A model generated the notes under the pieces. It did not search any database, was not told the DNA's origin, and worked only from the letters and a program-made list of their open reading frames with translations. DNA of 64,000 bases, from positions 1 to 64,000 of IMG/VR virus record IMGVR_UViG_3300042473_001540. One strand, given 5' to 3'. Position numbers and translations under genes: made by a program. This document shows, piece by piece, positions 1 to 8,517 of this stretch (positions are counted from its first letter, which is position 1; the number at the start of each line of letters is the position of its first letter).

Positions 1-49
1 TTTTGAAATATTTTTCCAACAAAGCCATTACTTCTTTTTTGTCTACCAT
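1..49 (-). CDS. 5' end of LRR-like cassette protein (runs off window)
   Basis: ATG overlaps the W-stop of 43..687 (AGATGGTAG); reads MVDKKEVMALLEKYFK, nearly identical to the start of 32317..32922. Confidence 0.8.
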   Translation of the reverse strand, partial: MVDKKEVMALLEKYFK

Positions 50-687
50 CTGGCATTTCCTTCAAAGCCTGCATCTTCCAAGTCTTTTTGGCAGTCAAAC
101 ATTGCTCGTTTGCCTTGCCCTGCGTATTTGTTCAAAATATCATGGCATTGAATTACTTTGTCCCAACTTACCTTGGCTTGGCCTGGTGTGAAATCAACAT
201 GAAGTGCTACTAATGTTCGTAGCAGAGGCAAGTCTGGTTCGTAATCCAAACTCATGGTACCAGCAATGTGGTCAGGACAGCCTTCAAGGCTAGTGAGGGG
301 ATTTTTGAACACCATAAATGCACCGCCAACTTTTTTTGGCGCACCAATGAGATTGGTCAGCTTACAACTATAGGCAGTGTAGTCTTCTCCCACCTCAATT
401 GGTCCTCCCTTGAGACTTTCAAGGTTACTGTTGCGTGCCACAGAAAACACCCCAGTAACGCTTGTGGGCGCCCCTTCAAGACTTTTCAATCCCATACTGC
501 TGACATTGAACATGCCTTTGACCTCGCCAAACCTTACATTGAATCCTGATGATCCCATAAGGAATTGTATATCTCCAGTGAGATTCAGCTTGTTTTCATC
601 GTCAAAGCGTATTTGCCTAATACGCGAGGAATCATAATAGAGTTTGAATGTGTTCCAAATCTCTTTTTGTTCAGTGGTTAAGGCCAT
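43..687 (-). CDS. LRR-like repeat protein, cassette family
   Basis: LxSLEGxPxxVxGxF repeats; C-terminus GKRAMFDCQKDLEDAGFEGNARW shared with the 32-38 kb array. Confidence 0.85.
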   Translation of the reverse strand: MALTTEQKEIWNTFKLYYDSSRIRQIRFDDENKLNLTGDIQFLMGSSGFNVRFGEVKGMFNVSSMGLKSLEGAPTSVTGVFSVARNSNLESLKGGPIEVGEDYTAYSCKLTNLIGAPKKVGGAFMVFKNPLTSLEGCPDHIAGTMSLDYEPDLPLLRTLVALHVDFTPGQAKVSWDKVIQCHDILNKYAGQGKRAMFDCQKDLEDAGFEGNARW

Positions 688-708
688 AATGTTCTCAATC
701 TCTAAAAA

Positions 709-725
709 CCTAAATAATATTTAGG
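709..725. promoter_or_regulatory. Palindromic, probably bidirectional late promoter
   Basis: CCTAAATAATATTTAGG carries TAAATA on both strands between divergent genes. Confidence 0.55.
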
Positions 726-734
726 AGAAATCAC

Positions 735-1136
735 ATGTTCGGATTTTTGTCAAATAAGTTGCTGCTGGTTGGAGTAGGTGCCTTTGTGCTGTTGTCTGGC
801 ACTTTTTACATTTATTTCAAACACACACAAACACAACTGCAAATCATGGCTGCTAATGTGGCCAAAGCTGAGATAGCTATTGACTTACAGAAACAAGCTA
901 TCACTCAACTAGAGAACTTTGCACAAGATCAAAAGATCTCCATGGAGATGATGCAAGGACGAATGAGCAAAGCTGAAGCTGATAGAGCCAAACTAGCTAA
1001 AGCTATCAAAGACTTGAATATTGTAGGCAATGCCCAGGTTGATAGGAAACAACTTCAAATCAACTTGAACAATCAATTGAATGAGTTGTTCAACTCAGCT
1101 GTTGAAGGGACAAAAAATGCGCCAACTACCCCTTAA
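735..1136 (+). CDS. Putative inner-membrane spanin (Rz-like)
   Basis: N-terminal TM helix plus coiled coil; overlaps a lipoprotein gene and precedes a holin. Confidence 0.6.
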   Translation: MFGFLSNKLLLVGVGAFVLLSGTFYIYFKHTQTQLQIMAANVAKAEIAIDLQKQAITQLENFAQDQKISMEMMQGRMSKAEADRAKLAKAIKDLNIVGNAQVDRKQLQINLNNQLNELFNSAVEGTKNAPTTP

Positions 1137-1503
1137 ATTTATTACTGCTAGCTTACTTTGTTTGTCTCTAGTGTCTTGTGGACCAAATGTAAAAGAACTG
1201 GAGATCAAAACCAGCAACACAAAAATAACAGTGAGTGAACCTCCATCACCGCGAGAGTTGGTTATCAGCAACTTAAATGTGAATGTAGTTACAGCAGAAA
1301 ATTTCAAAGAACTTGAGGCTCAGTTAAAAGCAGATCCCAAGAGTGTGTTCTTGGTAATGACCCCATCTGATTATGAAAACCTAGCATCAAATATTGCAGA
1401 GATGCGTCGTTATATGCTGCAACAGGGCGCCATTGTGCAATACTATCGCGATATGGTAAAAACCATTACACAAGACACACCCACTCCAGAAAAGACAAAA
1501 TGA
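1117..1503 (+). CDS. Putative outer-membrane spanin lipoprotein (Rz1-like)
   Basis: Start MRQLPLK; lipobox LSLVSC; lysis cassette context. Confidence 0.6.
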   Translation: MRQLPLKFITASLLCLSLVSCGPNVKELEIKTSNTKITVSEPPSPRELVISNLNVNVVTAENFKELEAQLKADPKSVFLVMTPSDYENLASNIAEMRRYMLQQGAIVQYYRDMVKTITQDTPTPEKTK

Positions 1504-1868
1504 GTAATACGCAAGAAAAGTGGTTTGTGAAGTATTGGCGCCCTGCTGCTGCATGGATTTATTTGGCCATATGTGTATTTGATTTTGTAATCATGCCTGT
1601 ATATGTTGCTAAAACTAATTTGAAATTGGAAGACGTAGTCAAAGTTTCCTCAACATTTGAAGGCAGTGAAAAACTGGGCGCACTAACACTCTTAATGAAA
1701 AAGAACACTTGGGAACCCTTGACTGTTATGGAATCCGGAATGTTCCACCTGAGTTTCGGCGCAATACTTGGAGTAGCTGCCTATACTAGGGGCAGAGTAC
1801 AAGAGGCTCAAGTAAATCAACAAAGCACACGCCAGAGCGTTGACAATCCCAATTACTCTCCATCATAA
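1500..1868 (+). CDS. Putative holin (GTA 3TM-holin-like)
   Basis: WRPAAAWIYLAICVFDF motif and hydrophobic segments. Confidence 0.65.
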   Translation: MSNTQEKWFVKYWRPAAAWIYLAICVFDFVIMPVYVAKTNLKLEDVVKVSSTFEGSEKLGALTLLMKKNTWEPLTVMESGMFHLSFGAILGVAAYTRGRVQEAQVNQQSTRQSVDNPNYSPS

Positions 1869-1874
1869 TCACTC

Positions 1875-2250
1875 AACATAGTGGCAACAAATGATGGTGT
1901 TGTGTCCATCCGCAAACGCTCACCGCGAAGGGTGGGAACCTGCGTATCAAGGTCTCTAGTTCAAAAAGCCTTGGCCACAAAATTGAACAAAAAGGATGAA
2001 AAACCTTGAGTTTTTCACCAACTTCTGCCATCAGTTCTGGTGGAGGTTGGGCTTGTTGGATAGGTATATCCAACATAACCGGGCAAAGGCATGATGTGCC
2101 TTGAGTGGTAGATCCTGCGCTGGAAATAGGTGCCCCGCCAGTGCTAGAGGGTCTGAACTGAGACTGTGAAACCGGAATGAGGTTTTTTCCAACCATTCTC
2201 CCCGCAAGGGGAGAAATATGACCGATCCTCCAGAATGAGATGCGTCTTCC
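1875..2250 (+). ncRNA. Candidate large structured RNA
   Basis: About 9 consecutive hairpins with G-U pairs on the + strand and a GCAA tetraloop; no credible ORF. Confidence 0.5.
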
Positions 2251-2262
2251 TGTAAATACTGA

Positions 2263-3390
2263 ATGATGCAAACTAATGAAGCCCAAGATTGGGAACAGAT
2301 AAAAGATCCAGCAAAAAGATGGCTTGGAAGATTCACATATATGAATCAAGGAAAGAATCCCGAAAAGCACGTATTAGATACTCTCATCAAGAAATATCCC
2401 AACAAAGCTGGAGTCATATATCGAGGAATGAATTTCACTCGGGAAGAATCCTATACAGAGTTCATGGAACTGTTCAACAAGTCAAATGGCAAGTTAACGT
2501 TCAATGTGGTCACAAGCTGGAGTGGTGATCCCAGCACTGCTAACCAATTTGCATTGACTCAACCCACTTATCAATTGAATCCTGCTGTGTTAGCCGCTCA
2601 TGACCAACAAATGAAACGTCGAGAAAGGCTTAGTGGTTACAGAGGAGTAATTTTGAAAACCACTGTCTCTGCTGGAGTGGGCATTGATGTTGACGCCACT
2701 GGGGTTGGACATGAGAGTGAAATTGTGTTACCTCCTGGCACTTATCAAACAGAGATTTACCAAGAAGTAAAACAATACAAACACAGTCTTGAGGATGGCG
2801 ACACCTCAGTTGATGATGTGATTTTGAAAACAACAGCAGAGAGCTTACGCAGCCGATCTACAGAGCACAGCTTCTTTGACTATGTGATACATCATCATGG
2901 CCAGGAATTGAGTCCAAAAGCACAGCAGCATTTGTTGAAATTGTTTGGTCCTCAAACTGGTATACCTTTGTTCAAGAGTTCTGTTGATCAGCATACAAAT
3001 TACTTTACCAAAAAACCTGAGGTGACGTTTGACTATCACATACCAAACATACGGCTGTTTGAGTTGGCAGAAAAAGGAATTTTCACTCCTGAAGTAACAA
3101 ATAAGATCAGATTGTTGGGTAAAAAAATCATTAGTCAAGCACTGCCTGTAATAGAGAGTGTTATAGTTGATGCCACTTATTTCAACCCAGCACAGTTGGG
3201 TCTGGTGAGTAGGATTAGTCAGGACAACCGAGTGATTGATGCTATAAGAAAAGCCATTAAGCCAGCAGTAGCCCAATTGAATCAAAAAGTTCAGGACATC
3301 AACAAAATACAAGATCCAAAAGAGAAAAGGCAGGCCATTGAGCATTACAAGGATGAGATGGTGCGCCTGTTAAGCAGATTGGGCATATAG
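2263..3390 (+). CDS. Putative ADP-ribosyltransferase (R-S-E type) domain protein
   Basis: IYRG...TSWS...HESEIVL motifs; TAAATA upstream. Confidence 0.55.
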   Translation: MMQTNEAQDWEQIKDPAKRWLGRFTYMNQGKNPEKHVLDTLIKKYPNKAGVIYRGMNFTREESYTEFMELFNKSNGKLTFNVVTSWSGDPSTANQFALTQPTYQLNPAVLAAHDQQMKRRERLSGYRGVILKTTVSAGVGIDVDATGVGHESEIVLPPGTYQTEIYQEVKQYKHSLEDGDTSVDDVILKTTAESLRSRSTEHSFFDYVIHHHGQELSPKAQQHLLKLFGPQTGIPLFKSSVDQHTNYFTKKPEVTFDYHIPNIRLFELAEKGIFTPEVTNKIRLLGKKIISQALPVIESVIVDATYFNPAQLGLVSRISQDNRVIDAIRKAIKPAVAQLNQKVQDINKIQDPKEKRQAIEHYKDEMVRLLSRLGI

Positions 3391-3465
3391 TAAATACGTC
3401 TATATAACGAAGATCAAGCATGATTACAGGCACACGCAAACTCATCAGCAAGGAAATCCAACAGG

Positions 3466-3729
3466 ATGCTGATGTTTATGTTGGATCCACTGGGGAAGTT
3501 TGGTTCCAAGAAGGCACCCAAACATTACGCTTTGGTGACGATGAAACCCCTGGTGGCATACCACATCACAACTGACAACAGCACCAACAACTGGATTTTT
3601 GCTGTGGTCTACTGGGGAGAAGGGTGGCACAACAATCATCATGCCAATCCTAAAAAATGGAATTTTGGTGAACGCTGGTGGGAAATTGATGTGTCGGGGT
3701 GTATTATACGCCTTGTACAAAAAAGTTGA
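3466..3729 (+). pseudogene. C-terminal fragment of delta-9 fatty acid desaturase
   Basis: Only the third His box (GEGWHNNHH) and WWEID present; first two His boxes absent. Confidence 0.6.
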
Positions 3730-3780
3730 CATAATCCCCATGTCTTGCTATATAAGAGAATAGCCAAAAGGATAGACCTT
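3726..3780 (+). promoter_or_regulatory. Sigma70 promoter plus leader hairpin motif
   Basis: TTGACA-17-TATATA, then AAAAGGATAGACCTT at 3766-3780. Confidence 0.7.
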
Positions 3781-3808
3781 GCGGCAGATTGAGCAAAGGA
3801 TTTTTGCG

Positions 3809-4879
3809 ATGAACAAAGCTGACCTAGGAATCTTTATCGGAAGGTTTTCTCCTTACCATTCAGGTCACCACCATGTGGTAACTGAAGCACTCAAGCACGC
3901 AGACAATTTGGTGATTTTGGTGGGCAGTGCCCGCAGTCCGCGCAGTTATCGTGTGCCGTTTACCTTTCAAGAACGGCGGGACATGATTGAAGGCAGCCTG
4001 CCTGCCGAGCTGAAAAACAGAGTGCGAGTTCTGCCTCTAGAGGACGCCACCTACAACGACAGCAAGTGGATCCACAATGTGCAGACGCTGGCTGCCCAAG
4101 GGGCGACGCTTTTTGGGCTTGACCCAGCCAAAGCCAAGATCACACTAGTGGGCCACAGCCGAGACAACACCAGCTATTACCTGAAACTGTTTCCTCAATG
4201 GAGCAATGTGGAGGTCAGCAGCTTCCGCGACATCAGCGGTACCAACATTCGCAACAGCTACTTCAGCAACATGGGCCACATGTGGGTGAGAGATGCAGAT
4301 GGCCACCAAGCAGGTGACCTGCCTCAGGATGCAGTGGTGACACCCTATGTGCAGAAGTTTCTCAGCAGTTTCCTTGATACTCCCAACCACAAGCTGATCC
4401 GTGACGAGTATGAGTTTGTGCTGAAGTACAAAAGCAGTTGGGCGGCTGCGCCTTACCCTGTGAATCTAGTGTGCGTAGACGCTGTGGTGATCAAAAGCGG
4501 ACATGTGCTAATGGTGGAACGTGGAGCAATGCCAGGGAAAGGCCAGCTTGCACTTCCTGGTGGATACCTAGATGTAACTGAGCGAGTAGTTGACGGGATG
4601 ATCCGTGAGCTGCGTGAGGAAACTCGGTTGAAAGTCCCAGCTCCGGTGCTTAAAGGCAGCATTGTCAAGAAGGAAGTTTTTGACGATCCTAATCGCAGCA
4701 GCCGAGGTCGAGTGCTCACAGTAGCTTATCTCATTGATCTTGGCACAGGTCCACTTGACACAGTCAAGGGCGGAGATGATGCGGCCTCAGCCAAATGGGT
4801 AGCCCTTAAAGATCTTCGGCCAGAAATCTGTTTTGAGGACCACTATCATTTAATCTCTGTACTAGTCGGGGCAATTTAG
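3809..4879 (+). CDS. nadM: Bifunctional NMN adenylyltransferase / ADP-ribose Nudix hydrolase
   Basis: FIGRFSPYHSGH (HxGH), SGTNIR, Nudix box GG...RELREET. Confidence 0.9.
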   Translation: MNKADLGIFIGRFSPYHSGHHHVVTEALKHADNLVILVGSARSPRSYRVPFTFQERRDMIEGSLPAELKNRVRVLPLEDATYNDSKWIHNVQTLAAQGATLFGLDPAKAKITLVGHSRDNTSYYLKLFPQWSNVEVSSFRDISGTNIRNSYFSNMGHMWVRDADGHQAGDLPQDAVVTPYVQKFLSSFLDTPNHKLIRDEYEFVLKYKSSWAAAPYPVNLVCVDAVVIKSGHVLMVERGAMPGKGQLALPGGYLDVTERVVDGMIRELREETRLKVPAPVLKGSIVKKEVFDDPNRSSRGRVLTVAYLIDLGTGPLDTVKGGDDAASAKWVALKDLRPEICFEDHYHLISVLVGAI

Positions 4880-4889
4880 GAAAAAGGTA

Positions 4890-5087
4890 ATGATGACGCG
4901 CATCAAGATTGAAACTTGCACCACCATCAGTAATGTGGACCCCAGCAGTCTCGAGCAGTTGAAACAAACTCTCCGTATCTCACAGAAGCAGGGGTTGATT
5001 AGGCCCACAGGTGATCCCAGTATTGATGCGCCCATCACGGAACAAGAAAATGACAAAGAAAACAAAAAAGAAGATCCCAACAATTGA
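4890..5087 (+). CDS. Hypothetical protein
   Basis: ORF with RBS in operon. Confidence 0.45.
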   Translation: MMTRIKIETCTTISNVDPSSLEQLKQTLRISQKQGLIRPTGDPSIDAPITEQENDKENKKEDPNN

Positions 5088-5199
5088 AGCCGCTCTAGCG
5101 GAATGTTTGGTGCAACAGGCTGGCGAGCTGTGGCAACCTGCTGAGCCAAGCCTGTTGGAACAACTGCTCCGTTACCGCGAAAGGACAGACAGTGAGTGA
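5050..5199 (+). CDS. Hypothetical protein
   Basis: Short ORF MTKKTKKK... overlapping neighbours. Confidence 0.4.
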   Translation: MTKKTKKKIPTIEAALAECLVQQAGELWQPAEPSLLEQLLRYRERTDSE

Positions 5200-5512
5200 C
5201 ACTCCCCAGTTCACAGAAGTTGATCTCAGCAAAACCACACGGCATGGCAGTGATGAGCTAACAGTGGGACCAACCTATATCTGCTTGATTCACGGCAGCT
5301 ATTTCATAGGCACATTCGGCAAGGTATGGTTTGGCTTGAACTTCAATGGTTGGCATGGCTGCGGCTTGCAATACGATCCACCGGGCACTAACTCTAGCCG
5401 TTGGCAGCGGGTGTGGCGGTTTGACAATGCAGAACTCATCAAACAAACTGAATCAGTTGTTGATGCATTGTTGAAAGGCACACCTAATGGGACACTACGA
5501 CGAACAACGTGA
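5192..5512 (+). CDS. Hypothetical protein
   Basis: ORF with AGGA RBS, coupled to neighbours. Confidence 0.6.
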   Translation: MSDTPQFTEVDLSKTTRHGSDELTVGPTYICLIHGSYFIGTFGKVWFGLNFNGWHGCGLQYDPPGTNSSRWQRVWRFDNAELIKQTESVVDALLKGTPNGTLRRTT

Positions 5513-5714
5513 TTTTGACGACTATCAGCAAAGTCTACGGCGAGATAAACAGTTGATTGAAGATGTGAAAAGTGGCAAATTTGGGGTGCTCTTGCATGCT
5601 GCTGACATTGCCAACAGCAATACAGTGATGGTGAACTGTGGCACATTTGCACGCATGATCAGCATCATCTCACGACTTGACCCGAAAACCTACACATACC
5701 CCTGGGAACGATAA
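5487..5714 (+). CDS. Hypothetical protein
   Basis: ORF in operon. Confidence 0.55.
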   Translation: MGHYDEQRDFDDYQQSLRRDKQLIEDVKSGKFGVLLHAADIANSNTVMVNCGTFARMISIISRLDPKTYTYPWER

Positions 5715-5724
5715 GGAAATTTCA

Positions 5725-6282
5725 ATGGTTATGACTGCACGAGCCTACCGGCATTTACGCGATCTCATCTCGGAAAAAAGTTTGATTCAAGATCAAAACT
5801 TCACTCTCAGCAGTGGAGCAGCCAGCAACTACTTCTTCAACATGAAGATCTCCATGTTGGATCCCATGGGCAGCAATCTCATTGCTGATGCTATGCTGGA
5901 TATTCTCGATACATTGGATTTTGACAGCGTAGGAGGGATGGCTGTGGGCAGCGTTCCGTTGGTTACCAGCATTGCCACCAAAAGCTACCTACGCAGTCGC
6001 CATTATCCAGCTTTCTTTGTGCGAAAAGAAGTGAAAGATCACGGCGTGCAAACAAAGATTGATGGCCACTGCACTCCGGGTAGCCGAGTGGTGCTGGTGG
6101 AAGATGTGACTACTACTGGAGGCAGCATCATGCGGGCTGTTGAGGCTGTGCGGGAGATTGGTTGCCAAGTGGACACAGTGCTCACAGTCGTTGACCGACT
6201 GGAAGGTGCGCGAGAGAATCTATCAGCAGAAAAGATTCGCTTGATCCCCCTCTACACACGAGTTGATTTTGAGGATTCATAA
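5725..6282 (+). CDS. pyrE: Orotate phosphoribosyltransferase
   Basis: FTLSSG, RKEVKDHG, PRPP motif VLVEDVTTTGGS. Confidence 0.9.
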   Translation: MVMTARAYRHLRDLISEKSLIQDQNFTLSSGAASNYFFNMKISMLDPMGSNLIADAMLDILDTLDFDSVGGMAVGSVPLVTSIATKSYLRSRHYPAFFVRKEVKDHGVQTKIDGHCTPGSRVVLVEDVTTTGGSIMRAVEAVREIGCQVDTVLTVVDRLEGARENLSAEKIRLIPLYTRVDFEDS

Positions 6283-6285
6283 ATT

Positions 6286-7017
6286 ATGATTATAATTCCT
6301 GACTCTCCCATTGCAGTTACACATCTAAAAAGGCCTATTATTCTCCCAGGAACTCCTTTACCAGATTATGTGGTGGAGAAAATACTCGCAAGTGAACAAG
6401 TTATTGACGATGATGACTCCTCCTTTGAAACAATGTTTTCTGGGGCAAAACCAATTGATTCGTCCGGCTTTACTGGGGCAGTGACTCAGTGGGTTGAAGG
6501 AGAACTTGGAAGTTTAGGGTATCCTATAAATCACAGCAGAGGGATTGACGTACCGCCCTACAGTATCGAGATCAGAACTCGCAGAAAACACGCTACAGCT
6601 CCACAAACTTTTGGGTCTCTCAAACTATCAGATATAATTCAAAACTCATGGCTTACATCTGATATCAAAACAAAGTGTCAACTCCACTATCAAGTGATGT
6701 GGGATGCGCAACACATGGTTGTTTGTGACGATCAAATCGTGGATTTCCGACATCCTTGGAGACAAGAGGCGTTACAAAAAGCTTTTGATAATGCTAGGGA
6801 TGAGCTGATTGCATACTATTCTAGGCCCAATATTACAGTGCCTTTGAAATTCACTTCGACTGCTGGCGGAATTTATCTTGAAAGAACTTCAAGGAAGAAC
6901 AGCAAAAAAAGCTGGTTCTCAGCATTTTACCAGTTTCGAGTACGAAACAATTTGATGGAAAAATGGCATATAGCGGGCAGGAAAAACTCATACGATGAGC
7001 TGTTTTCAAAAATTTAA
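6286..7017 (+). CDS. Hypothetical protein, possible PD-(D/E)xK-like nuclease
   Basis: 243-aa ORF with AT-richer codon use; GID...IEIRTR weakly nuclease-like. Confidence 0.45.
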   Translation: MIIIPDSPIAVTHLKRPIILPGTPLPDYVVEKILASEQVIDDDDSSFETMFSGAKPIDSSGFTGAVTQWVEGELGSLGYPINHSRGIDVPPYSIEIRTRRKHATAPQTFGSLKLSDIIQNSWLTSDIKTKCQLHYQVMWDAQHMVVCDDQIVDFRHPWRQEALQKAFDNARDELIAYYSRPNITVPLKFTSTAGGIYLERTSRKNSKKSWFSAFYQFRVRNNLMEKWHIAGRKNSYDELFSKI

Positions 7018-7020
7018 AAG

Positions 7021-7080
7021 TTGACGTAATTGGGCATCTAGCCTATAAATATGACACAGGAAAAGGATAGACCTTTTCCT
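7021..7080 (+). promoter_or_regulatory. Sigma70/late promoter plus leader hairpin motif
   Basis: TTGACG-17-TATAAATA, then AGGAAAAGG-ATAGA-CCTTTTCCT. Confidence 0.7.
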
Positions 7081-7107
7081 TCACATACTGAACAAGGGAG
7101 ACTTGTT

Positions 7108-8517
7108 ATGTTCAATTACGATAGCGTCATTCTTGACGTCGACAGCTACAAATTCAGCCATCCGTGGCAACTTCCCCCAAACACCACACACATTCACAGC
7201 TACGTAGAAAGTCGCGGCGGACGCTTCCCTCGCACACTGTTTTACGGGCTCCAAATGTGGCTCAAGCGTCGGCTGGTGACTCCAGTGACCATGAGCGACG
7301 TGGACGAGGCTGCTGGATTGGCAGCCGCACACATGGTGCCTTTCCATCGGGAAGGCTGGGAATACATTGTGCGTGAGCACCAGGGCCGGTTGCCAGTAGA
7401 GATTCGAGCAGTGCCCGAAGGCATGGTGATCCCCACTCACAACGTGCTAGCCACTGTGGTGAACACCGATCCCAATGTGCCCTGGCTCACTAGCTTCCTA
7501 GAGACAGCTCTACTCCGTGCTGTTTGGTACCCCACCACAGTGGCCACACTCAGCTGGCATGCCAAGCAGACCATTCGAGCTGCACTGGGGAAGAGCAGCG
7601 ACAACCCCGAAGGCGAGCTTCTGTTTCGACTGCACGACTTTGGCGCTCGTGGCGTCAGCAGCGATGAAAGCGCTCAGCTGGGTGGCAGTGCTCACCTAGT
7701 GAACTTCCGAGGCACCGACACTGTTGCAGCCCTCCTTGCAGCCCGACGCTACTACACCGAGGCCATGGCAGGGTTTAGCATTCCGGCAGCAGAGCACAGC
7801 ACCATCACCAGTTGGGGTCGCGATGGCGAAGCTGAGGCCTATGGCAACATGCTCAAGCAGTTTGCCCGGCCAGGCAGCATCCTTGCAGTGGTGAGCGACA
7901 GCTACGACATCATGAACGCGGTCAACCACATCTGGGGCGAAACACTGCGAGACCGTGTGCTAGACAGTGGGGCCACCCTTGTGATTCGTCCCGACAGCGG
8001 TGATCCAGTTGTGGTGCCAGTTGATGTGGTTGAGGCACTTGGTGAGCGGTTTGGCTACACCGTCAACAGCAAGGGCTACAAGGTGCTGAACAAGAGTGTG
8101 CGTGTGATCCAGGGCGATGGCATGAACATTGACAGCATCAAAACCCTGTATGACAACCTCACAGCACGCGGCTGGAGTGCAGAAAACGTGGCTGTGGGCA
8201 TGGGCGGCCAACTCTTGCAAGGTATTACTCGCGACACCAATCGATTTGCGATGAAAGCTTCAGCTGCCTGTATTGATGGGGAATGGCGCGAGGTATATAA
8301 GGATCCTATTACAGACAAAGGAAAAACATCCAAGAAAGGTAAAGTTACCCTTTGGCAGTCAGGTAACCAATTTCAAACAAGCGTTAACACTCCTCTACGC
8401 GGTCTTGAGAATGGTGTGGTGTGGACCGACGTTCTGCAGACAGTCTACCGGAATGGACGCCTTCTCATTGATCAATCATTCCAGGACATTAGAGATCGAT
8501 CTGAGAAAGTCTTTTAA
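7108..8517 (+). CDS. nadV: Nicotinamide phosphoribosyltransferase (NAMPT)
   Basis: DSYKFSH, LHDFGARG, SIPAAEHS, VSDSYD, IRPDSGDP, IQGDG motifs. Confidence 0.95.
   Translation: MFNYDSVILDVDSYKFSHPWQLPPNTTHIHSYVESRGGRFPRTLFYGLQMWLKRRLVTPVTMSDVDEAAGLAAAHMVPFHREGWEYIVREHQGRLPVEIRAVPEGMVIPTHNVLATVVNTDPNVPWLTSFLETALLRAVWYPTTVATLSWHAKQTIRAALGKSSDNPEGELLFRLHDFGARGVSSDESAQLGGSAHLVNFRGTDTVAALLAARRYYTEAMAGFSIPAAEHSTITSWGRDGEAEAYGNMLKQFARPGSILAVVSDSYDIMNAVNHIWGETLRDRVLDSGATLVIRPDSGDPVVVPVDVVEALGERFGYTVNSKGYKVLNKSVRVIQGDGMNIDSIKTLYDNLTARGWSAENVAVGMGGQLLQGITRDTNRFAMKASAACIDGEWREVYKDPITDKGKTSKKGKVTLWQSGNQFQTSVNTPLRGLENGVVWTDVLQTVYRNGRLLIDQSFQDIRDRSEKVF

Noticed and set aside
3421-3729. Full desaturase restored by frameshift or readthrough
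   Set aside because: Too little sequence lies between it and the upstream gene to encode the missing His boxes and TM helices.
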